From: an uncultured Pseudomonadota bacterium
Lineage (GTDB): Bacteria > Oederibacteriota > Muellerivitia > Muellerivitales > Muellerivitaceae
DNA length: 64,000 nt
Direction: 5' to 3'
Assembly (NCBI GenBank): GCA_963836235.1
Contig: CAWIIP010000001.1
Coordinates: 96,001 to 160,000 of the forward strand
Notes under the pieces: generated by a model
Database searches by the model: none
The model's input: only the letters and a program-made list of their open reading frames with translations
What the model was told of the DNA's origin: nothing
Shown here: positions 62,515 through 64,000 of the stretch, piece after piece
Position numbering within the stretch: the first letter of the stretch is position 1
How the letters are laid out: each line of letters opens with the position of its first letter
Position numbers and translations under genes: made by a program

Positions 62515-64000
62515 ATGACTCCCGATAAAAAAACAGACACCATCGAGGCGGTGAGCCGTTTTCGCCTCAAAAATGGGGCCACTCTTTTGGTAAAAGAGGA
62601 CCCCTCCACTCCCGTTGTGTCCCTCAATATTTGGATTGAAGCCGGCTCCATTGATGAACGCCCCGACGAAAGGGGAATGGCCCATTTGATCGAACACATG
62701 ATCTTTAAGGGCACTTCCGACCGGGGGGTGGGTGAAATTTCGCGCCAAGTCGAGGCCGCGGGTGGTTATTTAAATGCTTTTACCAGTTTCGAACATACTT
62801 GTTTTTATGTCGTGCTGCCGAGCGCTCAGATTCAAAAAGCCCTTGAAATCGAATTCGACGCCTATCTAAATTCAACTTTTGACGCGAAGGAACTCGCCAA
62901 GGAAAAGGAGGTTGTTTTCGAGGAAATGAGGATGCGCCAAGACGACCCTTGGAGCTGGTCCTGGGAAATTCTATTCAGGGTTCTTTTTAAACGCAATCCT
63001 TACCACTGGCCGGTCATCGGCGACATGAAAATCCTGAAAGCGGTCCCGCGAGAAAGACTTTTGAACTATTACAAAAGACATTATGTTCCATCCAATACGG
63101 TAATCGCGGTTGTCGGAAATGTCACAGCGCCAAAAATCCTTGACTGGGTGAAGAAAAATTTCGAAAGGCACAGTTTTCCTAAGGCTCCCCCCAGAAAATT
63201 TCTAGCTGATCCCGAGCCCCAGGGACTTCAACTTCATGTCCAAGGCGGCGAAGTTCAACAAACTTACATGTCCCTAGGCTTTCCTTCGGTCCCATTGAGC
63301 GACCCAGACGCGGCATCTTTGGAGATTCTGGCGGCATTATTGGGGGATGGTCCCGCGAGCCGTCTCAACTTGTCGCTTCGGGAAAAGAGTCAATCGGTCG
63401 ACGACGCCGCCGCGGAATATTTTTCAGGAAAGTACGGGGGAGCGTTTGTTTTTCAAGGCTTGACGGATATCAGGCGCCTTGAGGCCTGCGTGAAAGAAAT
63501 GATGGCGGTGGCGAAAGAGACCTTTACCCTGGGTATTCCTGGCGCCGAGCTTCAGAAGGTCAAAAACAAAGTCAAAGCCTCCAAAATTTTTGAAAAACAA
63601 AACATGGATGGGCAAGCGAAAAATTTGGGTTTTTGGGAACTGCAGGGGGGCTATGAGCTCGAGGAAAAATTTTTAAAGGAACTCGACCTTGTTCAGCCGG
63701 AAGACCTAAAAAGGGTCGGTGAAAAGTTCCTCCAACCCCACCGGGCCACCATGATTATCTATCATCCAAAATCACAAAAAGTAAACGAAAAGGCTTTTTA
63801 TTGGGAATCCATTCTTAAGGAGGGCATGGATTCCGTCCAGGCCCCGGTCCGCACCAAAATTATTTCTCAGAAGAAAATCAAAAAAATCATACTTAAGGAT
63901 GGGTCTTCGCTTTGGATAAAGGAAAGAAAAAATCTTCCGTTGGTTTCCATCGGAGTATTCCTTCCGGGTGGCTTCTCGGACGAACCCAAGAACCAATATG
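62515..64000 (+). CDS. M16 (pitrilysin/insulinase) zinc peptidase, runs off the window end; absent from the supplied ORF track
   Basis: Manual translation from ATG 62515: AGSIDE..DERGMAHLIEHMIFKG (HxxEH), GGYLNAFTS, EKEVVFEEM. Confidence 0.92.
   Translation, partial: MTPDKKTDTIEAVSRFRLKNGATLLVKEDPSTPVVSLNIWIEAGSIDERPDERGMAHLIEHMIFKGTSDRGVGEISRQVEAAGGYLNAFTSFEHTCFYVVLPSAQIQKALEIEFDAYLNSTFDAKELAKEKEVVFEEMRMRQDDPWSWSWEILFRVLFKRNPYHWPVIGDMKILKAVPRERLLNYYKRHYVPSNTVIAVVGNVTAPKILDWVKKNFERHSFPKAPPRKFLADPEPQGLQLHVQGGEVQQTYMSLGFPSVPLSDPDAASLEILAALLGDGPASRLNLSLREKSQSVDDAAAEYFSGKYGGAFVFQGLTDIRRLEACVKEMMAVAKETFTLGIPGAELQKVKNKVKASKIFEKQNMDGQAKNLGFWELQGGYELEEKFLKELDLVQPEDLKRVGEKFLQPHRATMIIYHPKSQKVNEKAFYWESILKEGMDSVQAPVRTKIISQKKIKKIILKDGSSLWIKERKNLPLVSIGVFLPGGFSDEPKNQY

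Noticed and set aside
62497-63996. Five short minus-strand ORFs
   Set aside because: Antisense to the M16 peptidase that runs off the window end.

Overview
Core chromosome of a diderm bacterium, probably from a poorly characterised lineage. It has outer-membrane barrels and SurA/PpiD but Firmicutes-like gene order; candidate phyla such as FCPU426/Goldbacteria are only an inference. Housekeeping content: a de novo purine cluster (purB-S-Q-L-F, purM, purN, purH-D, later purA); tsaC-ywlE-rpiB; rpmB/recG/rsmD/coaD/yceD/rpmF/plsX/fab/acpP/rnc/maf; rplU-rpmA-obgE-proB; nadD-rsfS; smpB/rnr; three tRNAs (Gly-CCC, Lys-TTT, Leu-CAG); two c-di-GMP enzymes; a partial M16 peptidase. purL, purF and a GGDEF gene carry clustered single-base frameshifts that look like consensus errors. 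The most unusual part is a small islet at about 44.9-47.8 kb. It encodes a ParB-type CTPase+HTH protein fused to a predicted membrane anchor and an extracytoplasmic domain, and its gene contains a perfect parS/NBS-like palindrome. Next to it is an ORF6N gene with two tandem, co-varying in-frame palindromes, flanked by diverged direct repeats. Also notable: a lidless Hsp70 with a J-TPR partner, a ComFB gene in the nadD operon, a 1515-aa malectin/Thr-stalk T9SS-like cargo beside a PorV-like barrel, a degenerate O-antigen-ligase-TPR protein, a Cys-loop cupredoxin, and a candidate attenuator before purA. All family calls come from motif recognition by eye, not database searches.
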